From the NCBI GenBank assembly GCA_965204175.1, contig OZ241978.1, forward strand, positions 3,814,164 to 3,878,163: a stretch of DNA of 64,000 bases, written 5' to 3'. Shown here one piece after another: positions 1 to 9,342 of this stretch. Each line of letters opens with the position of its first letter. The stretch's first letter is position 1. Position numbers and translations under genes: made by a program. This DNA comes from Vicinamibacterales bacterium (GTDB taxonomy: Bacteria > Acidobacteriota > Vicinamibacteria > Vicinamibacterales > UBA8438). Under the pieces are notes generated by a model, which worked only from the letters and a program-made list of their open reading frames with translations, had not been told where the DNA came from and made no database searches.

Positions 1-1986
1 CTGGAGACCGCGCTGGACCGCGAAGCAGCCGCGAACCCCAACCCCGGCGCGCCCGCCATCCACCGGCTGAACCGTGCCGAGTACCGCAACGCCGTCCGCG
101 ACCTGTTGGGGCTCGATCTCGATCACGCGCGCGATCTGCCGGCGGACGATTCCGGTTACGGCTTCGACAACATCGGCGACGTGCTGACGGTCTCGCCGCT
201 GCACGTCGAGCAGTACGTGGCGGCGGCGCGCCGCGTCAGCCGGCTGGCGGTCGGCAACCTGGCGCCGAGACCGGTCGTCGAGCGCTACGAGCCGCCGGAC
301 GGAACCACCGACGAGGCGATCGACGGGCTGCCCCCCGACGAGCGGGGCGGCATCCTGTTCCGCCACTACTTCGCGTTCGACGCCGACTATACGCTTACCG
401 TGCGCGTGCGCGGGCGGCGCACCACCGGGATGCCGGCGCCCCGGCTCGACGTTCGCGTCGACGGACGGCGGGTCCGGCTGATCGACGCCGATTTCGATCC
501 CGAGGAGGCGAACCAGCTCACGCGCAACTTCGAACTGCGGCTGCCGCTGCCGGCCGGGGAGCACGAGATCGGCGCCGGGTTCCTCACCGAGTACGCGCGG
601 AGCGAGGACGGCGCCGAGACGAACGACTACTCGGTCGACTACGTGCTCGTCGAGGGCCCGTACGACGCAGCCGGCCCGGGCGAGACCGACATCCAGCGCC
701 GCATCTTCGTCTGCCGGCCGGCAGCGAATGAACCCGAGGAGCCGTGCGCCCGTCGGATCCTGCAGCGCCTGGCCCGCCGCGCCTACCGGCGCCCGGTGGC
801 GGAAGCGGATCTCGACCCGCTGCTCGACCTGTTCGCCATGGGCCGCGCCGACGGCGAACGCTTCGAGGACGGCATCGAGATGGCGCTGAGCGGGGTGCTG
901 GTCTCGCCGAGCTTCCTGTTCCGGGCGCCGCGCGCTCCGGAGGACGCCGACCCGGGCTCGGCCTACCCCCTCTCGGTCATCGATCTGGCGTCGCGGCTGT
1001 CCTTCTTCCTGTGGAGCAGCATCCCCGACGAGGAGCTGCTCGACCTGGCCGAGCGCGGCCGACTGCGCGATCCGCCGGTGCTCGCCGGGCAGATCGCCCG
1101 GATGCTGGCCGACCCGAAGGCCGGGGCGCTGGTGGAGAACTTCGGCGGTCAGTGGCTGCACCTGCGCAACGTGGCCGGCTGGACGCCGGATCCGGTGCGG
1201 TTCGCCGACTTCGACGACTCGTTGCGGTATGCCTTCGAGCGCGAGACGACGCTCTTTCTCGACCACCTGATCCGCGAGGACCGCAGCGTCCTGGAGCTGA
1301 TCGACGCCGACTACACGTTCCTGAACGAGCGTCTGGCCGGCTTCTACGGCATCGAGGGCGTGAACGGCGGCTACTTCCGCCGCGTCCCGCTCGCGGACAC
1401 TGCCCGCGGCGGCATCCTGACGCACGGCAGCGTGCTGATGGTCACCTCGTACCCGACGCGGACGTCACCGGTGCTGCGCGGCAAGTGGGTGCTGGAGAAC
1501 CTGCTCGGCGCGCCGCCCCCGCCACCGCCGCCCGACGTGCCGGCCCTGGACGCCGGCGCGGAGACCTCGGCCGGCAGCCTGCGCGAGGCGCTGGAGCGGC
1601 ACCGGGCCAACCCGGCCTGCGCCGCCTGCCACGCGAAGCTCGACCCGCTCGGGTTCGCGCTGGAGAACTTCGACGCGGTCGGCGCGTACCGGACGGAGGA
1701 CGAGGGCGTGGCCGTCGAGGCGTCGGGGGCGCTGCCGGACGGCACGCTCGTCGACGGCCCCGCGGGTCTGCGCCGCGTGCTGCGGGACCGGCGCGACGAG
1801 TTCGTGGAGACGCTGGCCGCGAAGCTGCTGACCTACGCCGTCGGCCGGGGCCTCGAATCGTACGATCAGCCGGCCGTGCGCGAGATCCGCCGCCGGGTCG
1901 AAGCCGAGGACTACCGGTTCTCGGCGCTGGTCTCGGCCATCGTCGATAGCGTACCATTCCGTTTGAGGAGGATTCCGGAGCCATGA
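1..1986 (+). CDS. DUF1587/DUF1592/DUF1595/DUF1588/DUF1585-family protein (PSD-type); 5' end lies outside the window
   Basis: The reading frame is open from nt 1 (LETALDRE...RLNRAEYRNAVRDLLGLD, a DUF1587-like motif). The C-terminal CAACHAKLDPLGFALENFDAVGAYR motif is typical of DUF1588/DUF1585. It is followed by the canonical DUF1552 partner with a 4-nt overlap. Confidence 0.8.
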   Translation: METALDREAAANPNPGAPAIHRLNRAEYRNAVRDLLGLDLDHARDLPADDSGYGFDNIGDVLTVSPLHVEQYVAAARRVSRLAVGNLAPRPVVERYEPPDGTTDEAIDGLPPDERGGILFRHYFAFDADYTLTVRVRGRRTTGMPAPRLDVRVDGRRVRLIDADFDPEEANQLTRNFELRLPLPAGEHEIGAGFLTEYARSEDGAETNDYSVDYVLVEGPYDAAGPGETDIQRRIFVCRPAANEPEEPCARRILQRLARRAYRRPVAEADLDPLLDLFAMGRADGERFEDGIEMALSGVLVSPSFLFRAPRAPEDADPGSAYPLSVIDLASRLSFFLWSSIPDEELLDLAERGRLRDPPVLAGQIARMLADPKAGALVENFGGQWLHLRNVAGWTPDPVRFADFDDSLRYAFERETTLFLDHLIREDRSVLELIDADYTFLNERLAGFYGIEGVNGGYFRRVPLADTARGGILTHGSVLMVTSYPTRTSPVLRGKWVLENLLGAPPPPPPPDVPALDAGAETSAGSLREALERHRANPACAACHAKLDPLGFALENFDAVGAYRTEDEGVAVEASGALPDGTLVDGPAGLRRVLRDRRDEFVETLAAKLLTYAVGRGLESYDQPAVREIRRRVEAEDYRFSALVSAIVDSVPFRLRRIPEP

Positions 1987-3317
1987 TCACCGGAACTGCG
2001 CTACCCCGCCGCACCTTCCTGCGAGGCATGGGCGCCACCGTCGCCCTGCCGTTCCTCGACGCGATGACGCCGGCGTTCGCGCGGGCGTCGACCCCGGTCA
2101 CCCGGGTCGCGTTCGTCTACACGGCCAACGGCATCATCATGCAGGACTGGACGCCGGCCGAGAAAGGCCCCGGCTTCGCGTTCAGCAAGACGCTGATGCC
2201 GGTGGAGCCGTTTCGCGACGACCTCCTCGTCCTGACGGGTCTGGCCCACCGCAACGGCGAAGCGCTGGGCGACGGTCCCGGCGACCACGCCCGCGCCGGC
2301 GCGAGCTGGCTGACCGGCGTGCACCCGAAGAAGACCCGCGGCGCCGACATCCGCAACGGCATGTCCGTCGACCAGATGCTGGCCGAGACGATCGGCCGCG
2401 ACACCCCGCTCCCCTCTCTGGAGCTGGGGCTGCAGGACGTGCGGATGGTCGGCGGCTGCGATTCCGGCTACAGTTGCGCCTACAGCAACACCCTCTCGTG
2501 GAGCTCGCCGACCACTCCGCTGCCCTACGAGAACAACCCGAGCCGGGTGTTCTCGCGGCTGTTCGGCGACGGCGACACCACCGACCCGGCGGTGCGCGCG
2601 GTGCGCGCGCGGCAGAACCGCAGCCTGCTCGACTTCGTGCGGGACGACGCGGCGCGGCTGCGCACCACCCTCGGCGCCGGCGACCGGCGCAAGCTGGGCG
2701 ACTACCTCGACTCGGTGCGCGAGGTGGAGCGCCGCATCCGGAACGCACGCTACGACGGCGTCGACCTGCCGGTGCTCGACCGTCCCGACGGCATTCCGCC
2801 GACCTTCGAGGAGCACGTCCGGCTGATGTCGGACCTGGTCACCATCGCGTTCCAGGCGGACCTGACGCGGGTGGTCACGCTCATGTACAGCCGCGAGGGC
2901 GGCAACCGGACCTACCGCTCCATCGGCGTCCCGGACGCCCACCACGGGCTGTCGCATCACCAGAACGACCCGGAGAAGATGGCGCGGCTGGCGATGATCG
3001 ACCGGCACCACGTCGCCATGCTCGCCTACTTCCTCGAGAAGCTGCGGGACGCGCAGGACGAGACCGGATCGCTGCTCGACCACTCGATGGTCGTCTACGG
3101 CAGCAGCCTGAGCGATTCGAACGCGCACACCCACGACGACCTGCCGACGCTGCTGGCCGGCGGCGGCAGCGGCGCGCTGCACGGCGGGCGCCACCTGCGG
3201 TACGCCGACGGCACACCGATGACGAACCTGTTCCTGACGATGCTCGACCGCCTCGGGGTGCATCGGGAGCAGATCGGCGACAGCACGGGCCGGGTCGCGC
3301 ACCTGAGCGAGCTGTAG
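1983..3317 (+). CDS. DUF1552 domain-containing protein with a Tat-type signal
   Basis: The N-terminus MITGTALPRRTFLRGMGATVALPFLDAM has a twin-arginine motif. The length (444 aa) and the ATGA overlap with the upstream DUF1592-family gene match the usual DUF1592/DUF1552 pair. Confidence 0.8.
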   Translation: MITGTALPRRTFLRGMGATVALPFLDAMTPAFARASTPVTRVAFVYTANGIIMQDWTPAEKGPGFAFSKTLMPVEPFRDDLLVLTGLAHRNGEALGDGPGDHARAGASWLTGVHPKKTRGADIRNGMSVDQMLAETIGRDTPLPSLELGLQDVRMVGGCDSGYSCAYSNTLSWSSPTTPLPYENNPSRVFSRLFGDGDTTDPAVRAVRARQNRSLLDFVRDDAARLRTTLGAGDRRKLGDYLDSVREVERRIRNARYDGVDLPVLDRPDGIPPTFEEHVRLMSDLVTIAFQADLTRVVTLMYSREGGNRTYRSIGVPDAHHGLSHHQNDPEKMARLAMIDRHHVAMLAYFLEKLRDAQDETGSLLDHSMVVYGSSLSDSNAHTHDDLPTLLAGGGSGALHGGRHLRYADGTPMTNLFLTMLDRLGVHREQIGDSTGRVAHLSEL

Positions 3318-3371
3318 GCGGGGGCCGCGGCAGCGGAGGCTCACGGCGTCCGGTCCAATCGAGTTGCGTCC

Positions 3372-4919
3372 ATGACTCGACGCAAGCTGCCCCTCGGCGT
3401 GCAGACCTTCCGCAAGATCAGGGAAGAAAACCGCTACTACGTGGACAAGACCGGCTACGCGGCGCGGCTGGTGGAGGAGGGCGACCACTATTTCCTCTCG
3501 CGCCCGCGCCGATTCGGGAAGAGCCTGTTCGTGGACACCCTGAAGGAGCTGTTCGAAGGCAACGAACCGCTGTTCCGGGGGCTCGCGGTCCACGACCGCT
3601 GGGACTGGTCGGTTCGTCACCCGGTGGTGCGGCTCGACTTCGGCAGCGGCGACTTCAAGGAACCGGGCTACCTTCGCGAAGATGCGGCGGCGCAACTCGC
3701 GGCCATCGAACGGCGGGCCGGCGTGGCGGCGGAAGGCGGCAGCGCGCCGGTGCGCTTCCGCCACCTGCTCGAAGAGCTGCACCGCCGCAGCGGCCAGCGG
3801 GTCGTGGTGCTGGTGGACGAGTACGACAAACCCATCCTCGATGCACTCGAGGCGCCGGCGATAGCCAGGGCCAACCGCGACTATCTGCGCGGACTGTATT
3901 CGGTCACCAAGACCGGTGACGCCCACATCAGGTTCAGCTTCCTCACCGGCGTCAGCCGGTTCTCCAAGGTGAGCCTGTTCTCCGGTCTCAACAACCCTAC
4001 CGATCTCACCCTGGACCCTGCCTTCTCGCCGGTCTGCGGCTACACCGAGGCGGATCTGGACACGGTGTTCGCGCCGGAGCTGCCCGGTCTGGACCGCGCG
4101 CGAATCCGCGAGTGGTACAACGGCTACAACTGGCTCGGCGCGGAGCGGGTATACAACCCCTTCGGCATCCTGCAGCTTCTCCGCACCCGCCGCTTCCGGC
4201 CGTACTGGTTCGAGACCGGCACGCCGGCGTTCCTGGTCAAGACCCTGATCGAGAAACGGATCAGCATCCCGACTCTGGACCGGATGCAGGGCGACGACGA
4301 ACTCCTGTCGAAGTTCGACGTGGAGGACATGGCCCCGGAGGCCCTGCTGTTCCAGACCGGCTACCTGACGATCCTGGGCGAGGAGTTGGACTTCGACGGA
4401 ACCCCGCGCTATCGGCTCGGCTATCCGAACCACGAGGTGCGGCGAAGCCTGAACAAGAGCCTGCTGGCCGCCCTGGCGCCTCCGTCGTCACGCCAGGACG
4501 CGGACCCGCGGTTGCCGGATCTGCTTCGCGCCAACGACTTCGCGGCCATCAGGGCGCGGCTGGAGCAGTTGTTCCACTCCATCCCCCACGAGTGGCATAC
4601 GCGGAACGAGATCGCGCGCTACGAAGGCTATTACGCAAGCGTGTTCTACGCCTGGCTGGCAGCCGCGGGGCTGGACCTGACGGCGGAGGACAGCGGCAGC
4701 GGCGGGCGCGCGGACCTCGTGGTGGAATTCGGAGAAAACGTGTACCTGTTCGAGCTCAAGGTGGTGGAACAGGCGTCGACGGGCACGGCCCTCGCGCAGT
4801 TGCAGGCGAAGGGCTACGCCGAGAAGTACCGCCGCCGGGCGGCGGAGGTCCACCTGATCGGACTCGAATTCAGCAAGGCACAGCGGAACGTGGTGGCGTT
4901 CGACACCGCGCGGGCGTGA
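3372..4919 (+). CDS. AAA-ATPase-like (PF09820-type) protein with a C-terminal PD-(D/E)XK nuclease domain (PDDEXK_9/DUF1703 type)
   Basis: The N-terminus LPLGVQTFRKIREENRYYVDKTGY...FLSRPRRFGKSLFVDTL is characteristic of the predicted AAA-ATPase family. The C-terminus GRADLVVEF...VYLFELKV supplies D...ExK nuclease motifs. Confidence 0.75.
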   Translation: MTRRKLPLGVQTFRKIREENRYYVDKTGYAARLVEEGDHYFLSRPRRFGKSLFVDTLKELFEGNEPLFRGLAVHDRWDWSVRHPVVRLDFGSGDFKEPGYLREDAAAQLAAIERRAGVAAEGGSAPVRFRHLLEELHRRSGQRVVVLVDEYDKPILDALEAPAIARANRDYLRGLYSVTKTGDAHIRFSFLTGVSRFSKVSLFSGLNNPTDLTLDPAFSPVCGYTEADLDTVFAPELPGLDRARIREWYNGYNWLGAERVYNPFGILQLLRTRRFRPYWFETGTPAFLVKTLIEKRISIPTLDRMQGDDELLSKFDVEDMAPEALLFQTGYLTILGEELDFDGTPRYRLGYPNHEVRRSLNKSLLAALAPPSSRQDADPRLPDLLRANDFAAIRARLEQLFHSIPHEWHTRNEIARYEGYYASVFYAWLAAAGLDLTAEDSGSGGRADLVVEFGENVYLFELKVVEQASTGTALAQLQAKGYAEKYRRRAAEVHLIGLEFSKAQRNVVAFDTARA

Positions 4920-4926
4920 GCGACGG

Positions 4927-6477
4927 CTACGGCGCGGCGCAAGCGAAGCTCGTATCGTCGTTCGGATCGCCCGCTCCGTCGTAGACTGCGGCCTGCGGGT
5001 AGGGACAGAGCGGCCGCGTCATGGTCGGCTGTCCGTCCTGTCCGAGCTTCGACGCGAGCAGGCGCTCCGGCGCGTTGCCCTCCTCCACCCAGGCGCGGAT
5101 GGCCTCCACCCAGTCGACGCGGTCGGGACCGGGGCCGCCGGCGCAATGGAGCACGCCCGGCAGCATGTAGAGCCGCGCGTAGTCGCGCGCCGCCGGATCG
5201 CCCGCCTCGAGCCGCTCGTAGTAGTCGATGGTGCCGAGCGGGGCGAGCGCCAGGTCGGACCAGCCGGTCCAGTAGATGATCTTGCCCCCGCGGTCCCGGA
5301 AGGCGCTCAGATCGGTGTCGGTCGCGTTGAGGATCGCTGCGGTTTCCGCAACGTCGTCCTTCCACGTCGAGAAGTCGTAGGTCGTATAGTCCCAGTCGGG
5401 GTCGTCGAAGACGAAGTACTTGAACAGCTCGGTGCCGAAGCCGAACTGCGCGTTGGGCACGCCGGCGGCCCGCCGCTGCGGGGCGCTGACCACCCACGAA
5501 TCCCAGCCGCCGCCGTCGTTCTCGCCGCCGTAGTTGAAGCCGTGGTAGATGGGCTCGCCGTTCGAGACAGGGCCGTCGTAGACCGTGTTGATGGCCGCGA
5601 GCTGCGCCGCGGTGACGCAGCCGTCGGCCGGACGATCGCCCGCGCAGCGCGGCAGGTCCTCCGGCTCGAAATCGCACCGGCGCGGGTCGTTGAGCACGCC
5701 GTCCTCCACCCCGTCGCCGGCGTCGCAGGCGGCGAGGATGCTCGACCCGAGCAACTCGAGAGAGGCCGGCGTGAGCACCGGGTCGTCGACGTCGCCGTCC
5801 GGGTAGATCGCCTGCTGGTTCTGCACGAAACCTGCCGTGATGCCGGTCCAGTCGTAGGCGGGCGCCGCCGCCACGATCCCGTCGAAGTCGGCCGGGTAGC
5901 GCTGCGACTCCATCATCGCCTGCCCGCCGCCCCGCGAGCAGCCGACGAAGTAGGAGTAGTCGGCCGGGCGATCGTAGTAGTGGCCGATGATCGACTTTGC
6001 CGCTTCCGCGGTCAGGTGCACAGCGCGGTGCCCGAAGTTCTCCTGCCGCACGGGATGATCGAGCGCCCAGCTCGCCTCGATGCCGCTCCCCGTGTGTCCC
6101 GTATCGGTCCCCGCCGTGGCATAGCCGCGCTGGAGGGGACTTCCGCCGTGGGCGTAGAGCGTCCGCGCCTGGTTCTGCACGGTCCCGACGAAGCCGCCCC
6201 CGCCGCCCATCAGGAAGCGGCCGTTCCAGTCGTCGGGCAGCAGCAACTCGAAGTCGATCTCCGTCTCGATGGTCCCCGTCACCCTGCAATGCGCCGGCAG
6301 ACCGGCCGCGGCCGGTACCGGTTCCGCCGCCCCGATGTACAGGTCCAACAATTCCAGCGTCGCGAGCCCGTTGCAGGCGTCCGCGGGGTCGGCGGCGGGA
6401 GTCGCACACGCGGCGGCGACCGCCAGGCCGGCGGCAACGACGACGTTCACGAACTGGCGCTGGATGCGGGACATCAT
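4927..6477 (-). CDS. Tannase/feruloyl esterase family alpha/beta hydrolase, lipoprotein-like signal
   Basis: GCSRGGGQAMMESQRYPADFDGIVAAAPAYDW is the family nucleophile-elbow region. Start chosen at MMSRIQRQF (a GGGGGA SD-like stretch lies upstream); the ORF extends to 6510. Confidence 0.8.
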   Translation of the reverse strand: MMSRIQRQFVNVVVAAGLAVAAACATPAADPADACNGLATLELLDLYIGAAEPVPAAAGLPAHCRVTGTIETEIDFELLLPDDWNGRFLMGGGGGFVGTVQNQARTLYAHGGSPLQRGYATAGTDTGHTGSGIEASWALDHPVRQENFGHRAVHLTAEAAKSIIGHYYDRPADYSYFVGCSRGGGQAMMESQRYPADFDGIVAAAPAYDWTGITAGFVQNQQAIYPDGDVDDPVLTPASLELLGSSILAACDAGDGVEDGVLNDPRRCDFEPEDLPRCAGDRPADGCVTAAQLAAINTVYDGPVSNGEPIYHGFNYGGENDGGGWDSWVVSAPQRRAAGVPNAQFGFGTELFKYFVFDDPDWDYTTYDFSTWKDDVAETAAILNATDTDLSAFRDRGGKIIYWTGWSDLALAPLGTIDYYERLEAGDPAARDYARLYMLPGVLHCAGGPGPDRVDWVEAIRAWVEEGNAPERLLASKLGQDGQPTMTRPLCPYPQAAVYDGAGDPNDDTSFACAAP

Positions 6478-6710
6478 GGCTTTCCCCCTGTGTCGTCCGG
6501 ACCGCTTCAACCGTATCAGCGTACCTCCGGTGTCTCAAGGGACTTGCAGCGTGGACGCGCTGACCGCGCGACCCGCGGCGGGAATCGCGCCGCGGCGCCG
6601 AACGCCTCCGTACGTCTGGAGGGTCCGGTCTCGCTGCCGCCCGCGGTCCGGGGCTCCGCAACCTGCCGGCCCGCGGCCGACATCGGGCCCGCATATAATC
6701 GCCCCACCCC

Positions 6711-7907
6711 ATGCCGCCTCTCGACGGACTGCGCGTGCTCGATCTCACCCGGGTGCTGGCCGGCCCCTACTGCGCCATGATGCTGGGCGACATGGGCGCC
6801 GAGGTGCTGAAGATCGAGGAGCCGACCCACGGCGACGACACGCGGGCGTGGGCGCCCCACCGCAACGGCTGGAGCACGTTCTTTCTCGGCCTGAACCGGA
6901 GCAAGAAGAGCGTCGCGCTCGACCTGAAGTCCGCGGCCGGCGCCGACGCCCTCCGCCGGTTGATTGCGACGGCCGACGTGCTGATCGAGAACTTCCGGCC
7001 GGGCAGCTTGGCGAAGCTCGGCTTCAGCTACGAGACCGTCTCCGAGACAAATCCCCGGCTCGTCTATTGCTCCGTCACCGGCTACGGGCAAGTCGGCCCC
7101 AAGAAGGGCCTGCCCGGCTACGACGCGGTAATCCAGGCCGAGAGCGGGCTGATGGACGTGACCGGCCAGCGCGACGGTCCGCCGACCAGAGTCGGGGTGG
7201 CGATCACCGACTACCTGGCCGGCCTCTACGCGATGAACGGCATCCTGCTCGCCCTGCGCGACCGCGACCGCACCGGTCGGGGCCAGCACGTCGACATCGC
7301 GCTGATGGATGCGATGACGTCGGCGCTCGCGCTGCCGGCAGGCATCTACTTCAACACCGGCGAGGCGCCGGGACGCGAAGGCAACCAGCACCACACGCTG
7401 ACCCCGTACGAGACGATCGAGGTCGCCGACGGACTGGTCGTCGTCGCCGCCGGCAACGAGCGGCTCTGGAAGCAGTTCTGCGACGCCATCGGGGCCGCGG
7501 ATCTCGAGCGCCATCCGGACTACGCCACCAACACGGACCGGATGGCGCACCGGCCGCAGCTCATCGCCGAGTTGACGCCGCGCCTCGCACGGTACACGCG
7601 CGACGCGTTGATCGAGCGGCTCCGTGCGCACAACGTACCATGCGCCCAGGTGCGAACCATCGGGGAGGCGCTCGAGGACCCCCACCTGCGGGAGCGGGGA
7701 ATGGTCCTCGACATCCCGCACGAAGACCTCGGCGCGATGCGCAGCCTCGGCAACCCGATCCGACTGTCGCGAACGCCGGCCGTGATTCACCGCCGCCCGC
7801 CGGCACTGGGCGAGCACAACGACGAGATTCTGGAGTCGCTCGGCGCGGACGACTCACCAGCCGACCGGCAACCCGTCGGCGCAACGTCGCGAGGAGTGGA
7901 CCGATGA
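6711..7907 (+). CDS. CaiB/BaiF family III CoA-transferase
   Basis: The N-terminus PLDGLRVLDLTRVLAGPYCAMMLGDMGAEVLKIE is the canonical family III CoA-transferase motif; 398 aa. Confidence 0.85.
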   Translation: MPPLDGLRVLDLTRVLAGPYCAMMLGDMGAEVLKIEEPTHGDDTRAWAPHRNGWSTFFLGLNRSKKSVALDLKSAAGADALRRLIATADVLIENFRPGSLAKLGFSYETVSETNPRLVYCSVTGYGQVGPKKGLPGYDAVIQAESGLMDVTGQRDGPPTRVGVAITDYLAGLYAMNGILLALRDRDRTGRGQHVDIALMDAMTSALALPAGIYFNTGEAPGREGNQHHTLTPYETIEVADGLVVVAAGNERLWKQFCDAIGAADLERHPDYATNTDRMAHRPQLIAELTPRLARYTRDALIERLRAHNVPCAQVRTIGEALEDPHLRERGMVLDIPHEDLGAMRSLGNPIRLSRTPAVIHRRPPALGEHNDEILESLGADDSPADRQPVGATSRGVDR

Positions 7908-8359
7908 TGAGCAGCATGAGAATCCTGACGTTCACCCTGGTGGTCCTGACCGCGGGGTCCCCCGCGGCAGGCGCGGGAGCGCAGGAGGTGGAGCACTACG
8001 GCGAACGCTTGTCGCGCATGCCGGTCGACCTGCGCACGACGTCGACCATCGCGGGCGAGGGCTCGGTCGCCGCCGAGCTGGCCGGCGACGAGCTCACCCT
8101 CCGCATCCGGTTCAGCGGGCTGACCTCGGGAGTAACCGCCGCCCACGTGCACAACGCGCCGGTCGCCCGCCGGGGCGGAGTCGCGTTCGCCGTCGATCCG
8201 GGCGGCGCGACCGGCACCGCCGGGGAGATCGTAGATACCATAACGCTGACCGGCGACCAGATCGCCGAGCTGCGTAGCGAACGGTACTATGTGCAGATCC
8301 ACTCCGAGAGCAATCCGGGCGGTGAGCTGCGGGGCTGGCTCCTCCGACGCGACGACTGA
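7904..8359 (+). CDS. CHRD domain-containing secreted protein
   Basis: ATGA overlap with the CoA-transferase stop. Signal peptide MMSSMRILTFTLVVLTAGSPAAGAGA. The AAHVHNAP...YYVQIHSESNPGGELRGWL pattern is typical of CHRD domains. Confidence 0.7.
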   Translation: MMSSMRILTFTLVVLTAGSPAAGAGAQEVEHYGERLSRMPVDLRTTSTIAGEGSVAAELAGDELTLRIRFSGLTSGVTAAHVHNAPVARRGGVAFAVDPGGATGTAGEIVDTITLTGDQIAELRSERYYVQIHSESNPGGELRGWLLRRDD

Positions 8360-8462
8360 GCGTCCCGAGCATCCGTGGTAGCATGCTTTTGGGGACATCG
8401 GGTCCGTTTAGTACAACCTCGAAGCGCCCTGCCTCCGGGGCGCCCCAGCAGGAAGCGCCGGC

Positions 8463-9329
8463 ATGACGAACGGTAATCCAACGCTGCTGCAGGATCTGCT
8501 GACACGTGTGAAGCAACTACCGCCCGCCGCCGGTCTGGGCGGCGTCGTGATTCTCGTTGCGATTCTCGGCTATCTCTTCGTGGGCACCGAGCCGGAGCCG
8601 GAGCCGGAAGCGGAAATCGTGGAGGCCCCGCCGCCTCCGCCGCCTCCGCCGCCTCCACCGCCCGAGCCGGAACCGGAGCCCGAGCCGGAACCGGAGCCCG
8701 AGCCGGAGGTCGAGATACCGCCGCTCAACGCGAGCGACCCGGTCGTTCGCGAGTTGGCCGCGGAACTGTCCGCGAGTCCGGAGCTGGCGAGCTGGCTCGT
8801 CACCGACGAGCTCGTCCGGACGGTCGTCGTGGTCATCGACAACGTGGCCGAGGGCACGAACCCCTCGCAACACGTACCGTTTCTCCGACCGGAGGGCCGC
8901 TTCCAGATCGACGGCGACACGTCGGCGCCGCGGATTTCGGCCGCCAGTTACGCCCGGTACGACGAGGTGGCGGCGCTCGTGGCCTCGCTCGACGCGGAGG
9001 GCATCGCCGAGCTGTATCGGCAGTTGCGTCCGTTGCTGCGGGAAGCTTACGAAGAGCTCGGCCAGCCCGGCGACGCATTCGGCGACACCCTGTGGCGGGC
9101 GGTGGCGCATCTGCTCAACGCGCCGGTCATCGAAGGCCAGCCCGAGCTGGTCGCGCGCGGACCGCTGTACCTGTACGCCGACGAGACACTCGAGTACCTC
9201 TCGCCGGCACAGCGCCAGTTGATCGGCATGGGTCCCGACAACCAGCGTCGCGTGCAGCGGAAGATCCGGGAGATCGGGGTGGCCCTCGGCTTCACCGACC
9301 TGCCCCGGCCCCACGTCGTGCAACGGTAG
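8463..9329 (+). CDS. DUF3014 domain-containing membrane-anchored protein with a Pro/Glu-Pro low-complexity linker
   Basis: N-terminal TM (GGVVILVAILGYLFV), a poly-P and (EP)n tract, then a conserved C-terminal body (DPVVRELAAELSASPELASWLVTDELVRTVVVVIDNVAEG...) as in DUF3014 proteins. Confidence 0.7.
   Translation: MTNGNPTLLQDLLTRVKQLPPAAGLGGVVILVAILGYLFVGTEPEPEPEAEIVEAPPPPPPPPPPPPEPEPEPEPEPEPEPEVEIPPLNASDPVVRELAAELSASPELASWLVTDELVRTVVVVIDNVAEGTNPSQHVPFLRPEGRFQIDGDTSAPRISAASYARYDEVAALVASLDAEGIAELYRQLRPLLREAYEELGQPGDAFGDTLWRAVAHLLNAPVIEGQPELVARGPLYLYADETLEYLSPAQRQLIGMGPDNQRRVQRKIREIGVALGFTDLPRPHVVQR
8589..8712 (+). repeat. Coding low-complexity tandem repeat (gagccg/ccgcct units) encoding EPEPEPE...PPPPPPPPPPPP...(PE)n
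   Basis: Direct reading of 8589-8712: repeated gagccggag/ccgcctccg/gagccggaaccggagccc units inside the DUF3014 CDS. Confidence 0.9.
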
Positions 9330-9342
9330 CGGCGCGACCTGG

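Noticed and set aside
2001-4433. Very long antisense or alternative-frame ORFs (for example 2001-4433 minus, 810 aa; 28592-32293 minus, 1233 aa; 14739-13396, 17192-19420, 20355-22550, 24121-25611, 25672-28035 N-terminal part, 28957-31875).
   Set aside because: Their products are Arg/Ala/Gly/Pro-dominated with no motifs. They overlap genes that have clear family signatures. Stop-poor shadow frames like these are expected in DNA of about 70% GC.
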